From positions 700,493 to 764,492 of the forward strand of contig CAWDUP010000002.1 in the NCBI GenBank assembly GCA_963805505.1: a DNA stretch of 64,000 nt. Direction: 5' to 3'. Positions 50,469-59,921 of the stretch are shown here, piece by piece. How positions within the stretch are numbered: position 1 is the first letter of the stretch; the number at the start of each line of letters is the position of its first letter. A program made the translations under genes and the position numbers. Below the pieces are notes generated by a model. It ran no database searches and was not told the DNA's origin. It worked only from the letters and a program-made list of their open reading frames with translations. The stretch comes from an uncultured Actinomycetota bacterium (GTDB taxonomy: Bacteria; Actinomycetota; Actinomycetes; DATJPE01).

Positions 50469-51947
50469 GTGTCGCGGATGCAGGACTTCAAGCTCCCCGA
50501 TGTCGGCGAGGGACTGACGGAGGGCGAGATCCTCACGTGGTACGTCGCCGTCGGCGACCTCGTCGTGGTCAACCAGACCATCGTCGAGGTGGAGACGGCC
50601 AAGGCGGCCGTGGAATTGCCCTCTCCCTATGCGGGACGGGTCACCGCCCTGCACGCGGCAGCCGGCGACACCGTGGACGTCGGAACGGTGATCATCACCA
50701 TCGACACCGAGCCGGACGCGGAGCAAGCCAACCAGCCCGACACAGGGCCGGACGAAGGGCCGGAGGCCCAGCCGGACGGTCAGCCCTCAACGAGTGCCGC
50801 TGACGCCGGAGCTGACCCCGCCACCGACGAAGGGCCGGACGCAACGCGAGGTCCGGAAGCAGAGTTCGTCCCGGCTGGCGCCGGCCCCAAGCGCGAGGCG
50901 GTCCTCGTCGGCTATGGCGTCCGCGAATCAGCGGTCCACCGGCGGCCGCGGCGGCCGGCGGGTGGGTCGACCCGACCGGTGCAGCCGACTCGCCATGGCG
51001 GGCTCGAGGTCGGTCGGGCAGTCGAGGCGAAAGCCGTGCGCGGGGACGGCCCCACGCGCGCCAAGCCCCCCGTTCGTCGCCTCGCCAAGGACCTCGGTGT
51101 CGATCTGTCCTCCGTGACTGCGTCCGGCCCCGACGGCACCGTCACCCGAGAGGACGTCCTCGGGGCGCACGGGCAGTCGCCCGCGGAAGGCGGGGTTCTC
51201 GAGGGCACCGTCGAGCACGTGCCTTCGTCGGCCCTCGCGTTTGTGCACGGTGAGCGACGGGAGCCGGTCAAGGGGATCCGCAAGCACATGGCGGAGGCCA
51301 TGGTGCGAAGTGCCTTCTCCGCCCCGCACGTGACGGAGTGGGTCGAGGTCGACGTGACCCGTTCGGTCAAGCTCGTCCGGCGTCTCCGCGAGACTCCTGG
51401 CTTCGCAGAGTCGCGGGTCAGTCCGCTGCTGCTCGTGGCGAGGGCCGTGCTGCTCGGTTTGCGCCGTACGCCAGACCTGAATGCCTACTTCGACGCGGAG
51501 GCGCAGGAGGTGGTCTATCGCGAGTCGGTGAACCTCGGCATCGCCGCGGCCACGCCTCGCGGCCTGATCGTCCCCAACGTGAAGGGGGCCGGGCGAATGT
51601 CCCTTCCCGAGCTGGCCCACGCCTTGGACGGACTGGTTCGGACGGCTCGTGAGGGCAAGACGACGCCAGCGGATCTCACGGGTGGGACCTTCACCATCAC
51701 CAACGTCGGCGTCTTCGGGATCGACGGTGGCACGCCGATCATCAACCCCGGCGAGGGAGCGATCCTGGCGGTCGGCGCGTTCCGGGAGAAGCCTTGGGTG
51801 CACAAGCACAAGGTGAAGGTCCGGATCGTGGCGCAGCTGACCGTGAGCTTCGACCACCGCCACATCGATGGCGCGCTGGGCTCGCGCTTCCTGGCCGACG
51901 TGGCCAGCGTCCTGGAGGATCCGGCAGCAGCGATCTCCTGGGCCTGA
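50469..51947 (+). CDS. pdhC: Dihydrolipoamide acyltransferase E2
   Basis: Lipoyl domain VETAKA, E3-binding AKPPVRRLAKDLG, catalytic FDHRHIDG. Confidence 0.93.
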   Translation: MSRMQDFKLPDVGEGLTEGEILTWYVAVGDLVVVNQTIVEVETAKAAVELPSPYAGRVTALHAAAGDTVDVGTVIITIDTEPDAEQANQPDTGPDEGPEAQPDGQPSTSAADAGADPATDEGPDATRGPEAEFVPAGAGPKREAVLVGYGVRESAVHRRPRRPAGGSTRPVQPTRHGGLEVGRAVEAKAVRGDGPTRAKPPVRRLAKDLGVDLSSVTASGPDGTVTREDVLGAHGQSPAEGGVLEGTVEHVPSSALAFVHGERREPVKGIRKHMAEAMVRSAFSAPHVTEWVEVDVTRSVKLVRRLRETPGFAESRVSPLLLVARAVLLGLRRTPDLNAYFDAEAQEVVYRESVNLGIAAATPRGLIVPNVKGAGRMSLPELAHALDGLVRTAREGKTTPADLTGGTFTITNVGVFGIDGGTPIINPGEGAILAVGAFREKPWVHKHKVKVRIVAQLTVSFDHRHIDGALGSRFLADVASVLEDPAAAISWA

Positions 51948-52042
51948 CCTCAGTACCCGCTGATACGTCAGTACGTCCTGACCTCAGTGCGTCTTGACCT
52001 CAGTGCACCTTGACCTCAGTGCGCCTTGACCTCAGTGCACCT
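51945..52042. repeat. 16-bp tandem array TTGACCTCAGTGC(A/G)CC
   Basis: TGACCTCAGT core at 51945, 51979, 51995, 52011 and 52027, plus a degenerate copy at 51961. Confidence 0.85.
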
Positions 52043-53321
52043 TCAGGACGATCTTCTTGCTGACCGCGGCCTTGAAGTCAGGCCCGGCAACCTTGGTCCT
52101 CCACGTGTAGTCCTTCTTGGACTTCGCCTTCCAGGTGATGGAGTATTTCGGCAAAGAGCCGGTGGTCTTCTTGGTGACCCACTCCCCGTGCTCCTTGCGT
52201 TGCAGCTTGACGACCGTCGCCGACGAGGGCCGGGCCTTTCCATGGAACTGCACCCGGGTGCCCGACTTCACCGACTTGTCGTGCAGGTGGATCCCCACCT
52301 TCCCGATCACCCTGACGTGCGTCACGTCGCTGTCGACGCCGCTGCCAGCCGGCGCGGTGGAGACGTACCAGTCGGTCGTTGCCTTGGGGTCGAAGGAGAA
52401 GGAGAAGTTCCCGTCCGAGTTCGTCGTCGCCTGCACGCCCCAGTTGACGTAACCCGACCCAGCCTTGGGTGCCCCGAACAGGTAGATGGGCTCGTTGTCG
52501 TAGGGGGCTCCGGTGGCGCCGTCGGTGACCGATCCGCTGACATCGATCGCTTCGCCGATGACCAGAGACTTAGGCCCGATGGTCGCGGACAGGAACGGCC
52601 CGGCCTGCGGCTTGGTGATCGACACATAGTCGATGTCGCCGCTGAAGTAGTCGCAGGTCACCTCGATCTGGTCGCATTCCAGCTTGCCGCCGATGGTCAT
52701 CGGCTTCTTGTTGTCCATCAAGCCGATGGCGCGGTTCTTCTGGTTGCGGAATTCGCCGTCGACGTACAGCGACACCGAGGTGGGCGTCTTCACGCAGGTC
52801 AAGGTGTGCCACGCGTTGTCGTTGATCGGAGTGACGGCTCCGGTGGCGGCCCGGCCGAGGGACCCCTTGAACAGGCAGGAGGGGATGCCGTGAGGTGCTT
52901 GCACCTTCCACTGGCCGCCGTAGGAGTGGGCTTGCCCCTTCTGGATGATGTTCCCGAAGTTTTCCTTGGTGCGGTAGCGGATCTCGAGGGTGAACGTTCC
53001 GGCGCCGGCGTCGAGCATCGGGTCATCGGGCACGGAGATGATTCGGTTCGCGGCGACCGGCAAGGTATCCGGGGGGCGACGGTCCCAGTGGTAGCCGGTG
53101 GCCCCGTCGTAGCTGAACCCGGTGGTGACGCCGGTCGGGTCCACGGAGCCGTTCAGATGCAGTGGACCGCTGTCGTGCATGACCGCAGCACCGGCAGACT
53201 CGTTCATGTCCCACTGCGCAGTCACCGTCGGTGGATCCGCGGCGGTGACCGGATCAGCCTGGACGGCTATGGCGACCGGACAGGCAGCGACGGCGACGGC
53301 CAGTGCCAGCACACGTCGCAC
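52032..53321 (-). CDS. Secreted LamG/concanavalin-like domain protein with Ig-like and Lys-rich C-terminal regions
   Basis: Signal peptide, AQWDMNE, WHTLTCVK, LYVDG, FSGDIDYV. Confidence 0.8.
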   Translation of the reverse strand: MRRVLALAVAVAACPVAIAVQADPVTAADPPTVTAQWDMNESAGAAVMHDSGPLHLNGSVDPTGVTTGFSYDGATGYHWDRRPPDTLPVAANRIISVPDDPMLDAGAGTFTLEIRYRTKENFGNIIQKGQAHSYGGQWKVQAPHGIPSCLFKGSLGRAATGAVTPINDNAWHTLTCVKTPTSVSLYVDGEFRNQKNRAIGLMDNKKPMTIGGKLECDQIEVTCDYFSGDIDYVSITKPQAGPFLSATIGPKSLVIGEAIDVSGSVTDGATGAPYDNEPIYLFGAPKAGSGYVNWGVQATTNSDGNFSFSFDPKATTDWYVSTAPAGSGVDSDVTHVRVIGKVGIHLHDKSVKSGTRVQFHGKARPSSATVVKLQRKEHGEWVTKKTTGSLPKYSITWKAKSKKDYTWRTKVAGPDFKAAVSKKIVLKVH

Positions 53322-53486
53322 GAAAGATCCTCAGGCTCGGTCTGCACGCGGTCCCTCCACGTACGGCCACCCTACGAACCGCTCGGCGGATCTGTCGATC
53401 GGTCGATCGGTCGATGAGGGGGCGCTTGGGCGAGCGAACCACCACGCACAGTGACGCGTTCGCCACGATGGAGTGACGTCTCGTGG

Positions 53487-53570
53487 GTTGGGCGGAGTGA
53501 GTTGGGCGGAGTGAGTTGGGCGGAGTGAGTTGGGCAGGGTGAGTTGGGCAGGGTGAGTTGGGCAGACTGA
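53487..53570 (+). repeat. 14-bp tandem array, 6 copies of GTTGGGC(G/A)G(A/G)GTGA
   Basis: 3x GTTGGGCGGAGTGA, 2x GTTGGGCAGGGTGA, 1x GTTGGGCAGACTGA, ending 4 nt before the next start. Confidence 0.9.
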
Positions 53571-53574
53571 CCGC

Positions 53575-55033
53575 GTGACTTCGAAGCCGCACGGCACCAA
53601 CCTGCCCTCGCTTCCCGCCGGCTGGCTGCGACGGTGGCGAGATGACCCCGACGCACCTGCGTTGCTCGACCCGTCCGGCGCCACGGTCACGGCCGGTGGT
53701 TTGGCGGCCCGAAGCGAGCAGGTGGCCAGGCGCCTTGGGGCGGCAGGCGTAAGGCCCGGCGATCGCGTCTTGGTCTCAGCTGACCCGTCGATCGACCTCG
53801 TGGTCGCCTACGTCGCCTTGTTGAGGATGGGCGCGGTGGTAGTGCCCGCCAATACCGGCTACACGCGCGTCGAGCTCGAACATGTCGTGCAGGATGCCTC
53901 CCCGGTGTTGGCGGTGCTCGATGAGCCGGACCGGGTCTCGGGGATGGGTCTGTCGGCGGTTGCTCCGCGTGCCGACGTGCCCGATGCCGGCCCGGTGATG
54001 CTCGACCGGGCCACCGGAGACGATCTCGCCTGGATCTGCTACACCTCCGGCACGACGGGTCGGCCGAAGGGTGCGATGCTCAGCCACGCCAACCTGGCGG
54101 CCGGCGCGCAGGCGGTGATCGATGCGTGGGGCTGGACCCGGAAGGACCGCCTTGTCCTTGCCCTGCCCCTGTTCCACATGCACGGGCTGGGCATCGGCAT
54201 CAATGCGAGCCTGAGCGCGGGCGCGAGCGTCGTCGTACTGCCACGCTTCGACGTCGACGCGGTGCTGGACGCTCGGCGTGACCTCTCGGCATCGATGTTC
54301 TTCGGTGTGCCGACCATGTATGCGCGGCTCGCGGAGTCCCCTCGGCACGGCGAGCTGGCCGGGTTCCGGTTGTGCGTCAGCGGGTCGGCTCCCCTGGCTC
54401 CGGACCTCTGGACGAAGGTGCGAGAGGGGTCGGGCATCGAGATCCTCGAACGGTATGGCATGACTGAGACGGTGATGATCTGCTCCAATCCGCTGGGCGG
54501 CCCTCGGGTGCCCGGGTCGGTCGGTGCGCCGTTGCCGGGTGTCGAGCTTCGCCTGGGCGAGGCAGGGCAGGTGGAGGTGCGGGGACCGGCGGTCTTCGGC
54601 GGCTACTGGCAACAGGCCCGAAGCCACGGCCAAGGCGTTCACGTCCGACGGATGGTTCCAGACCGGGGACGTTGGAGCTTGGCTCGTGGAAGGGTCCTCG
54701 CTGGCCATCGTCGGCAGGACGTCGGAGCTCATCATCACCGGTGGCTACAACGTCTACCCGCGCGAGGTCGAGGACGCCATTCGCGAGCACCCGGGTGTCG
54801 TGGACGCTGCCGTCGTGGGCATTCCTGACCCCACTTGGGGGGAGACGGTCGTCGCCTACCTGGTCGGAGACTCCAGGTCCCCTCGTGCTGACGACTCCCA
54901 GCTCAACGACCTTGCGGCGTCGCGCCTCGCGGCGTACAAGCGCCCGCGGAGATGGGTCTGGATCGATGCGCTGCCGCGCAACGCCATGGGCAAGGTCCAA
55001 CGCGACGCACTCCGTGCCGGCTTCGACTCCTAG
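53575..55033 (+). pseudogene. MatB-like (malonyl-CoA) acyl-CoA synthetase, frameshifted at about 54610
   Basis: YTSGTTGRPKG and ERYGMTE in one frame; [19 protein letters not shown] and LPRNAMGK in another; one extra C in TGG-C-AAC-AGG. Confidence 0.8.
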
Positions 55034-55050
55034 GTGGCATGGTGGGGGTT

Positions 55051-55824
55051 GTGCGCATCGACGTCCTGCAGCTCGCCCCGGACTACGACGGGGTCATCGA
55101 GGACCGACGGGTAGCGGCCGCCGAGGCCGTACGGGGATGTGTGGGCGCGGACCTCGTGGTGCTGCCGGAGCTCTGGCCGCAGGGGGGGTTCATCTACGAG
55201 GCGTGGGAGGCAGGCGCGGAGCCCCTCGAGGGCGCCACCTTGCAGGCCATCAGCTCAGCCGCGCGCGATGTCGGTGCGTACGTCCATGCCGGCTCGATCA
55301 TCGAGCGCACCGTCGACGGTCGGCTCTTCAACACCTCCATGCTGGTCGATCCCTCGGGTGCACTGGTCGCGCACTATCGCAAGATCCACCTCTTCGGCTT
55401 CTCCGAGGGCGAACCGGCCTTGCTGACCGCTGGTGATCAAGTGGTGGTCGTGAGCACCGACGTGGGGCGTATCGGTCTGGCGACCTGCTATGACCTGCGA
55501 TTTCCGGAGCTGTTCAGAGCCCTCGCCGACGCTGACGCCGAACTGGTGCTGGTCCCTGCTGCTTGGCCGGCCAAGCGCGTGGCGCACTGGTCGCTGCTGG
55601 CCCGCGCGCGAGCCGTGGAGGACCAGTTCGTCGTCGTGGCCGCGAACACCTGTGGGGTTCAGGTAGGCAAGGCCATGGGTGGGATGTCGGTCGTGGTCGA
55701 TGCTCGCGGAGACGTACTCGGCGAGGCTGGTGCCGACGAGCAGACCTTGAGCGTGGATGTTGACCTCGACGACGTCTCGGCCTGGCGCAAGCGCTTCCCC
55801 GTCCTGGCCGACCGCCGCCTCTGA
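55051..55824 (+). CDS. Carbon-nitrogen hydrolase (nitrilase family)
   Basis: VLPELW, YRKIHLF, TCYDLRFPE (E-K-C triad). Confidence 0.92.
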   Translation: MRIDVLQLAPDYDGVIEDRRVAAAEAVRGCVGADLVVLPELWPQGGFIYEAWEAGAEPLEGATLQAISSAARDVGAYVHAGSIIERTVDGRLFNTSMLVDPSGALVAHYRKIHLFGFSEGEPALLTAGDQVVVVSTDVGRIGLATCYDLRFPELFRALADADAELVLVPAAWPAKRVAHWSLLARARAVEDQFVVVAANTCGVQVGKAMGGMSVVVDARGDVLGEAGADEQTLSVDVDLDDVSAWRKRFPVLADRRL

Positions 55825-55849
55825 CCTGCCGTAGGCCCCCCAAGGCGTA

Positions 55850-55892
55850 CGTCCGACCCAAGCGTGGGCAATAGCGCGCACTTCGTCGGACG
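55850..55892. repeat. REP-like hairpin element, copy 1
   Basis: CGTCCGAC...GTCGGACG ends; near-identical to 59792-59833. Confidence 0.8.
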
Positions 55893-55920
55893 CAACCGAA
55901 TGAGGGTGCTGGCTAGCGGG

Positions 55921-55947
55921 TGAACCGATCAGGGGCTTCGACTCGTC
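55921..55947 (+). promoter_or_regulatory. ECF-type promoter (probably autoregulatory)
   Basis: TGAACC-N17-CGTC about 50 nt upstream of the ECF sigma gene. Confidence 0.6.
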
Positions 55948-55999
55948 ATGGAGGTGAACAGTCCCCCGACGCTAGCCACGACACGACCGAAGGTCGACA

Positions 56000-56563
56000 G
56001 TGACTCCCATGGACGGCTCGCCCATCAGCTCCGGGCTCAGTGACGCCGACCTGGTCCGCGCGTTGTCCGAGGACGACCGGTCGGCGCTCGAGGCGTTGTA
56101 CCACCGACACGCTCCCTGGTTGCTGCTCCGTCTGCAGCGGCGCTGCGCAGACCAGGGGCTTGTCGAGGAGGTGGTGCAGGACGCCTTCCTCGCCGTGTGG
56201 CGATCGGCCGGGTCTTGGAAGGCTGACGGGGAGTTCGGGGCCTGGCTGTGGGGGATCGCGGTGCGCCGACTGATCGACGGCCTGCGCCGAAGCCGCCCGG
56301 CAACGACCCGCAGTGGCGTCCTTGGGGACGCAACACTGTCAGAGGTCGAGTCTGCTGAAGACCGCGTGCTCGTGGGCGTGCATTTCGGCGATCTGGGGGG
56401 TGCGCTCGAACGTCTGTCACCGGAACTGCGAGCCGTTGTCCAGGCGACCGTCCTGGACGGACTGACGACGAGGGAAGCCGGGCGCCTGCTGGACATTCCG
56501 GCTGGAACGGTGAAGACCCGCATGATGCGCGCCCGCGCTCAGCTGAGGGAGGAGCTCGCATGA
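56000..56563 (+). CDS. ECF RNA polymerase sigma factor
   Basis: EEVVQDAFLAVWR, WLWGIAVRRLID, PAGTVKTRMMRAR. Confidence 0.92.
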   Translation: MTPMDGSPISSGLSDADLVRALSEDDRSALEALYHRHAPWLLLRLQRRCADQGLVEEVVQDAFLAVWRSAGSWKADGEFGAWLWGIAVRRLIDGLRRSRPATTRSGVLGDATLSEVESAEDRVLVGVHFGDLGGALERLSPELRAVVQATVLDGLTTREAGRLLDIPAGTVKTRMMRARAQLREELA

Positions 56564-57381
56564 CGGACTGGCACATCAACGAGAAGCTGGCAAGCGCGTA
56601 CGCCACGGGTTCGCTCGGCCTCCCGGCAGCCGCATCGCTCGAAGCCCACGTGATGGGCTGCGCGCCGTGTCAGTCACTGCTGCGTCCAATGGCGTCGGCC
56701 GAGCGTCTGGGGGCGCTGTGGATCGAGGTTGTAGAGCGGATGGATACGCCGCGGCTCGGCTGGTTCGAGCGCGGTGTCCACCGGCTGGGTCTGTCCGAGT
56801 CCGACGCCAGACTTGCCGTGTCTGCTCCGGCGCTCCGAGGCGCCTGGCTGTTGTCAGTCGTGTTCTTGCTGGCGTTCTCTGTGCTTGCTGCGGAGGCGCC
56901 ACGGACGGGGCCGGATCTCTTCCTCCTGCTGGCACCTGTGCTTCCGGTCCTCGGCGTCGGCCTGGCCTATGGCCCTTGGGTCGACGCGACCTTCGAGACG
57001 ACGCTCGCGGCGCCGTACTCCTCGGTGCGTCTGATCATCCTGCGCACGGGGTCGGTCTTGTTGTTCACGACTGCGTTGGTGGCTGTGGCCGGTCTCGTGG
57101 TGCCTGGTCACGGGACTGCGGTGGTCTGGCTGCTTCCTTCCGCAGCCCTCGTTGCTGTCGCTCTGGCGTTGACTGCATGGTTGCCTGCCCTCGCGTCCGC
57201 CCTGCTGGTCACGGTGGTTTGGGCAGGGTCCGTCTTCACGGTGTGGGCCAACGGTCGCAGTCTCGACCCGCTCTTCTCTCGTGACGCGCAGCTAGCGGCG
57301 CTCGTACTGCTCGCCCTTGCCATCGCGACGTGCGCCGGCGCTCACCGCGCACAGGCGTACGACCTCCGGAGGTTCATGTGA
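56560..57381 (+). CDS. Zinc-finger (zf-HC2) membrane anti-sigma factor
   Basis: HVMGCAPC (HxxxCxxC) followed by about 6 TM; overlaps the sigma stop. Confidence 0.87.
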   Translation: MTDWHINEKLASAYATGSLGLPAAASLEAHVMGCAPCQSLLRPMASAERLGALWIEVVERMDTPRLGWFERGVHRLGLSESDARLAVSAPALRGAWLLSVVFLLAFSVLAAEAPRTGPDLFLLLAPVLPVLGVGLAYGPWVDATFETTLAAPYSSVRLIILRTGSVLLFTTALVAVAGLVVPGHGTAVVWLLPSAALVAVALALTAWLPALASALLVTVVWAGSVFTVWANGRSLDPLFSRDAQLAALVLLALAIATCAGAHRAQAYDLRRFM

Positions 57382-58244
57382 CCAGCAACCCCGCCCTGCG
57401 CGTCGAGGGGCTGACAAAGAGGTACGTGAGGCGGCGCGCTCTTGATGGGGCAACATTCTCCGTCCAAGGTGGAGTCGTCGGACTGCTCGGGCCGAACGGG
57501 GCCGGCAAGACGACGCTCCTGCGCATCCTCGCCACGGTGCTGGCCCCCGACGATGGCGCCGTGCGAGTTCTTGGATACGACCCGGGCCGTGCAGACGAGC
57601 GGCTGGAGCTGCGCCGCCGCCTCGGCTATCTCCCACAAGACCCTGGATTCCAGCGTGGGTTTACTGCATTCGAGTTCGTGGACTACGTAGCGATCTTGAA
57701 AGAGTGGGGCGATCGTCGGGCCCGCCACGACGAGGTTCGCCGCGTTCTCGATGTCGTTTCCCTTACCAAGGAGTCGGGCCGGCGGATCCGAAAGCTGTCC
57801 GGCGGGATGAAGCGCCGGGTCGCGTTGGCCGCCGCTTTGATCGGTGATCCCGCGCTGCTCATCCTCGATGAGCCGACAGTGGGCCTCGACCCCGAGCAGC
57901 GGCTGCGCTTCCGCGACTTGCTGTCGCGCGCCGGCGAGGGCCGCACCACCGTGCTCTCAACCCATCAGACCGAGGACGTCAGTGCCATGTGTGGCGAGGT
58001 CGTCGTGCTGCACGACGGCGCGGTTCGGTTCCAGGGCAGCCCGCAGTCGCTGTCGGCCCTTGCAGACGGACGCGTGTGGCTCGCCGCGCACCGAGATCCT
58101 GCTGCGCAGTTGGCCTGGCGCACGGGAGATGGTCAGCATCGCAACTTGGGGGACCCGCCGGTCGGCGCCGACATCCTCCCCCCGACCTTGGAGGACGGGT
58201 ACCTCCTGCTGGTCGGGACCGAGCAGGAGGTGGTGCCGGCGTGA
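57378..58244 (+). CDS. ABC transporter ATP-binding protein
   Basis: GPNGAGKTT, LSGGMKRR, ILDEPT; start GTG 57378. Confidence 0.93.
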   Translation: MTSNPALRVEGLTKRYVRRRALDGATFSVQGGVVGLLGPNGAGKTTLLRILATVLAPDDGAVRVLGYDPGRADERLELRRRLGYLPQDPGFQRGFTAFEFVDYVAILKEWGDRRARHDEVRRVLDVVSLTKESGRRIRKLSGGMKRRVALAAALIGDPALLILDEPTVGLDPEQRLRFRDLLSRAGEGRTTVLSTHQTEDVSAMCGEVVVLHDGAVRFQGSPQSLSALADGRVWLAAHRDPAAQLAWRTGDGQHRNLGDPPVGADILPPTLEDGYLLLVGTEQEVVPA

Positions 58245-59098
58245 GCGCCGACCTCGTCGAGGGTCGCGCTGTGTCCTGGCCGCGACTGAACGCACTGGGG
58301 ATGTTGCCGCTGGCCCAGCGTGAGGCTTGGCGGATGCTCACGTCGCCAGCGCTCGCCGTCGTGGGCGCCTACCTGCTGGTGACTGTGGGGATGTCCAGTG
58401 TCGCCGGTGAGCACTGGTCTCGGGGCCTGGTAGCGGAGTTCGCGGCGATCTGGGGCATCTTCTTCGGAATCGCTGTCTTTCCGGCCGTCCACCTGACGGC
58501 CACCTCTGCCCGGCGCACCGGGGCGGAAGGCCAGCTGGCAGCGGCGCCTCAAGGGCCGCTGCACCGAGACCTGGCCCTGTGCCTAGGTGTAGTGCTGGGG
58601 CCGGGACTCGTGGGCCTCGTGACCGCACTGCTCGGCAAGTGGGCGGCTGGCGACGGCGTCGAGGACACCGTCAACGACATCCAGATGCAGGCGTGGACAC
58701 TGACCGATGTGCTCCAGCTACCTGCTCTGGCGATCGGGTCGGGAATCCTCGCGGTCGTCATCGCACGATGGTTGCCGTTCCCGGGTTCGCTCCTCATCGG
58801 GCTGTTCGGCATGGTGTTCTTGACTTTGTGGGTGGCTGACCAAGGAAAGTTCGCGTGGCTTTCGTGGTTCGTCGTTTCGTCGGACTCAGTCGATGACACC
58901 CTGGTCGCGCCAGGAAAGTACCTCGGCTGGCACACGGTCTACCTGTTCGCGTGGTCCGCACTCGGCTTATGTGCCGTCGGACTTCGGCAGGCGTCGCGTA
59001 AGCGCGGCTGGTTCGTAGCGATGGTTCTGTCGTTGGCTGTAGTCGTCGCCGCGGGGATCCTGCAGATACCTCCCTACGCCGTTGAGCTCTTCAGCTGA
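58241..59098 (+). CDS. ABC-type permease / membrane protein
   Basis: About 6 TM; start GTG overlaps the ATPase stop. Confidence 0.75.
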   Translation: MSADLVEGRAVSWPRLNALGMLPLAQREAWRMLTSPALAVVGAYLLVTVGMSSVAGEHWSRGLVAEFAAIWGIFFGIAVFPAVHLTATSARRTGAEGQLAAAPQGPLHRDLALCLGVVLGPGLVGLVTALLGKWAAGDGVEDTVNDIQMQAWTLTDVLQLPALAIGSGILAVVIARWLPFPGSLLIGLFGMVFLTLWVADQGKFAWLSWFVVSSDSVDDTLVAPGKYLGWHTVYLFAWSALGLCAVGLRQASRKRGWFVAMVLSLAVVVAAGILQIPPYAVELFS

Positions 59099-59101
59099 CC
59101 G

Positions 59102-59815
59102 ATGGACCCCCATGGGTCGGGTTCGACGAGCCGTTCAACGGTCGTGCCACCTCGGTCGTCCCCGCGTACGCCGCCCATGCTGGACCGGGCGCAAGCCCAG
59201 GCTCGCTCGGTCCGCTGGGACGCGCCAGCCATCGCGGCCGGTCTGGTCCTGGTGATCCTGGTCTGGCGGCGGGACGATCTGACCGACGCAGCCGTTGCCC
59301 TTGCGGTCACCCGTGCTGTCGGCGTGATCCTTGTCGCCGGCTCCCTGGCCCTGCTGGACGACGCGGGCTTCGACCAGGTGGCCGCGGCGACGTTGCCGCT
59401 GTGGCGGCGGGAGCTGCCAAGGCTGGCTGTGATGGTCCTGCTGGTGGTCGGACCGGTGCTCGTCCTGGCTATGGTCGCCGACATTCCGTGGCGTGGAGTC
59501 ACCCTCGAGTGCACCGCCCTGCTGGCCCTGGCCGCTGCCGTTGCGATCGTGCTGCGCACGCGAGCGGGTCACCTCGAGCCCTCCGTCCCGGTGTCTGTGG
59601 TGCTCCTGGTGCTGGTGGGTGCTCTCGCGGCCATTCCCTCGCGCTATCAGATGTGGGTGCAACCGGGACCGGAGTGGTCCGACGCCCACCGACGTTGGGC
59701 GGCTCTTCTCGTGGTGAGCCTGGCTGCGGGGACGTACGCGCTGCGCGACCCCGCCGCCAGGTCCGTGCGGCGCGCACTCCCGCGCTCCTTGCGTCCGACC
59801 CAAGGTGCGCAATAG
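59102..59815 (+). CDS. ABC-associated membrane protein
   Basis: Multi-TM with LLDD and LRDP motifs; start uncertain. Confidence 0.7.
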   Translation: MDPHGSGSTSRSTVVPPRSSPRTPPMLDRAQAQARSVRWDAPAIAAGLVLVILVWRRDDLTDAAVALAVTRAVGVILVAGSLALLDDAGFDQVAAATLPLWRRELPRLAVMVLLVVGPVLVLAMVADIPWRGVTLECTALLALAAAVAIVLRTRAGHLEPSVPVSVVLLVLVGALAAIPSRYQMWVQPGPEWSDAHRRWAALLVVSLAAGTYALRDPAARSVRRALPRSLRPTQGAQ

Positions 59816-59833
59816 CGCGCACTTCGTCGGACG
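59792..59833. repeat. REP-like hairpin element, copy 2
   Basis: CGTCCGACCCAAGGTGCGCAATAGCGCGCACTTCGTCGGACG; supplies the stop codon of the upstream ORF. Confidence 0.8.
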
Positions 59834-59921
59834 TACGGCGCGCGACGGTGCTTGCGGACGGTGCCGCGGGCCTCGCTGGCTGTAATCACGACTTGACTCA
59901 TCCGGCAGCCTTCCACGTAAC

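Noticed and set aside
51945-53570. Tandem arrays as CRISPR
   Set aside because: Units are 14-16 bp and contiguous, with no unique 25-45 bp spacers and no cas genes
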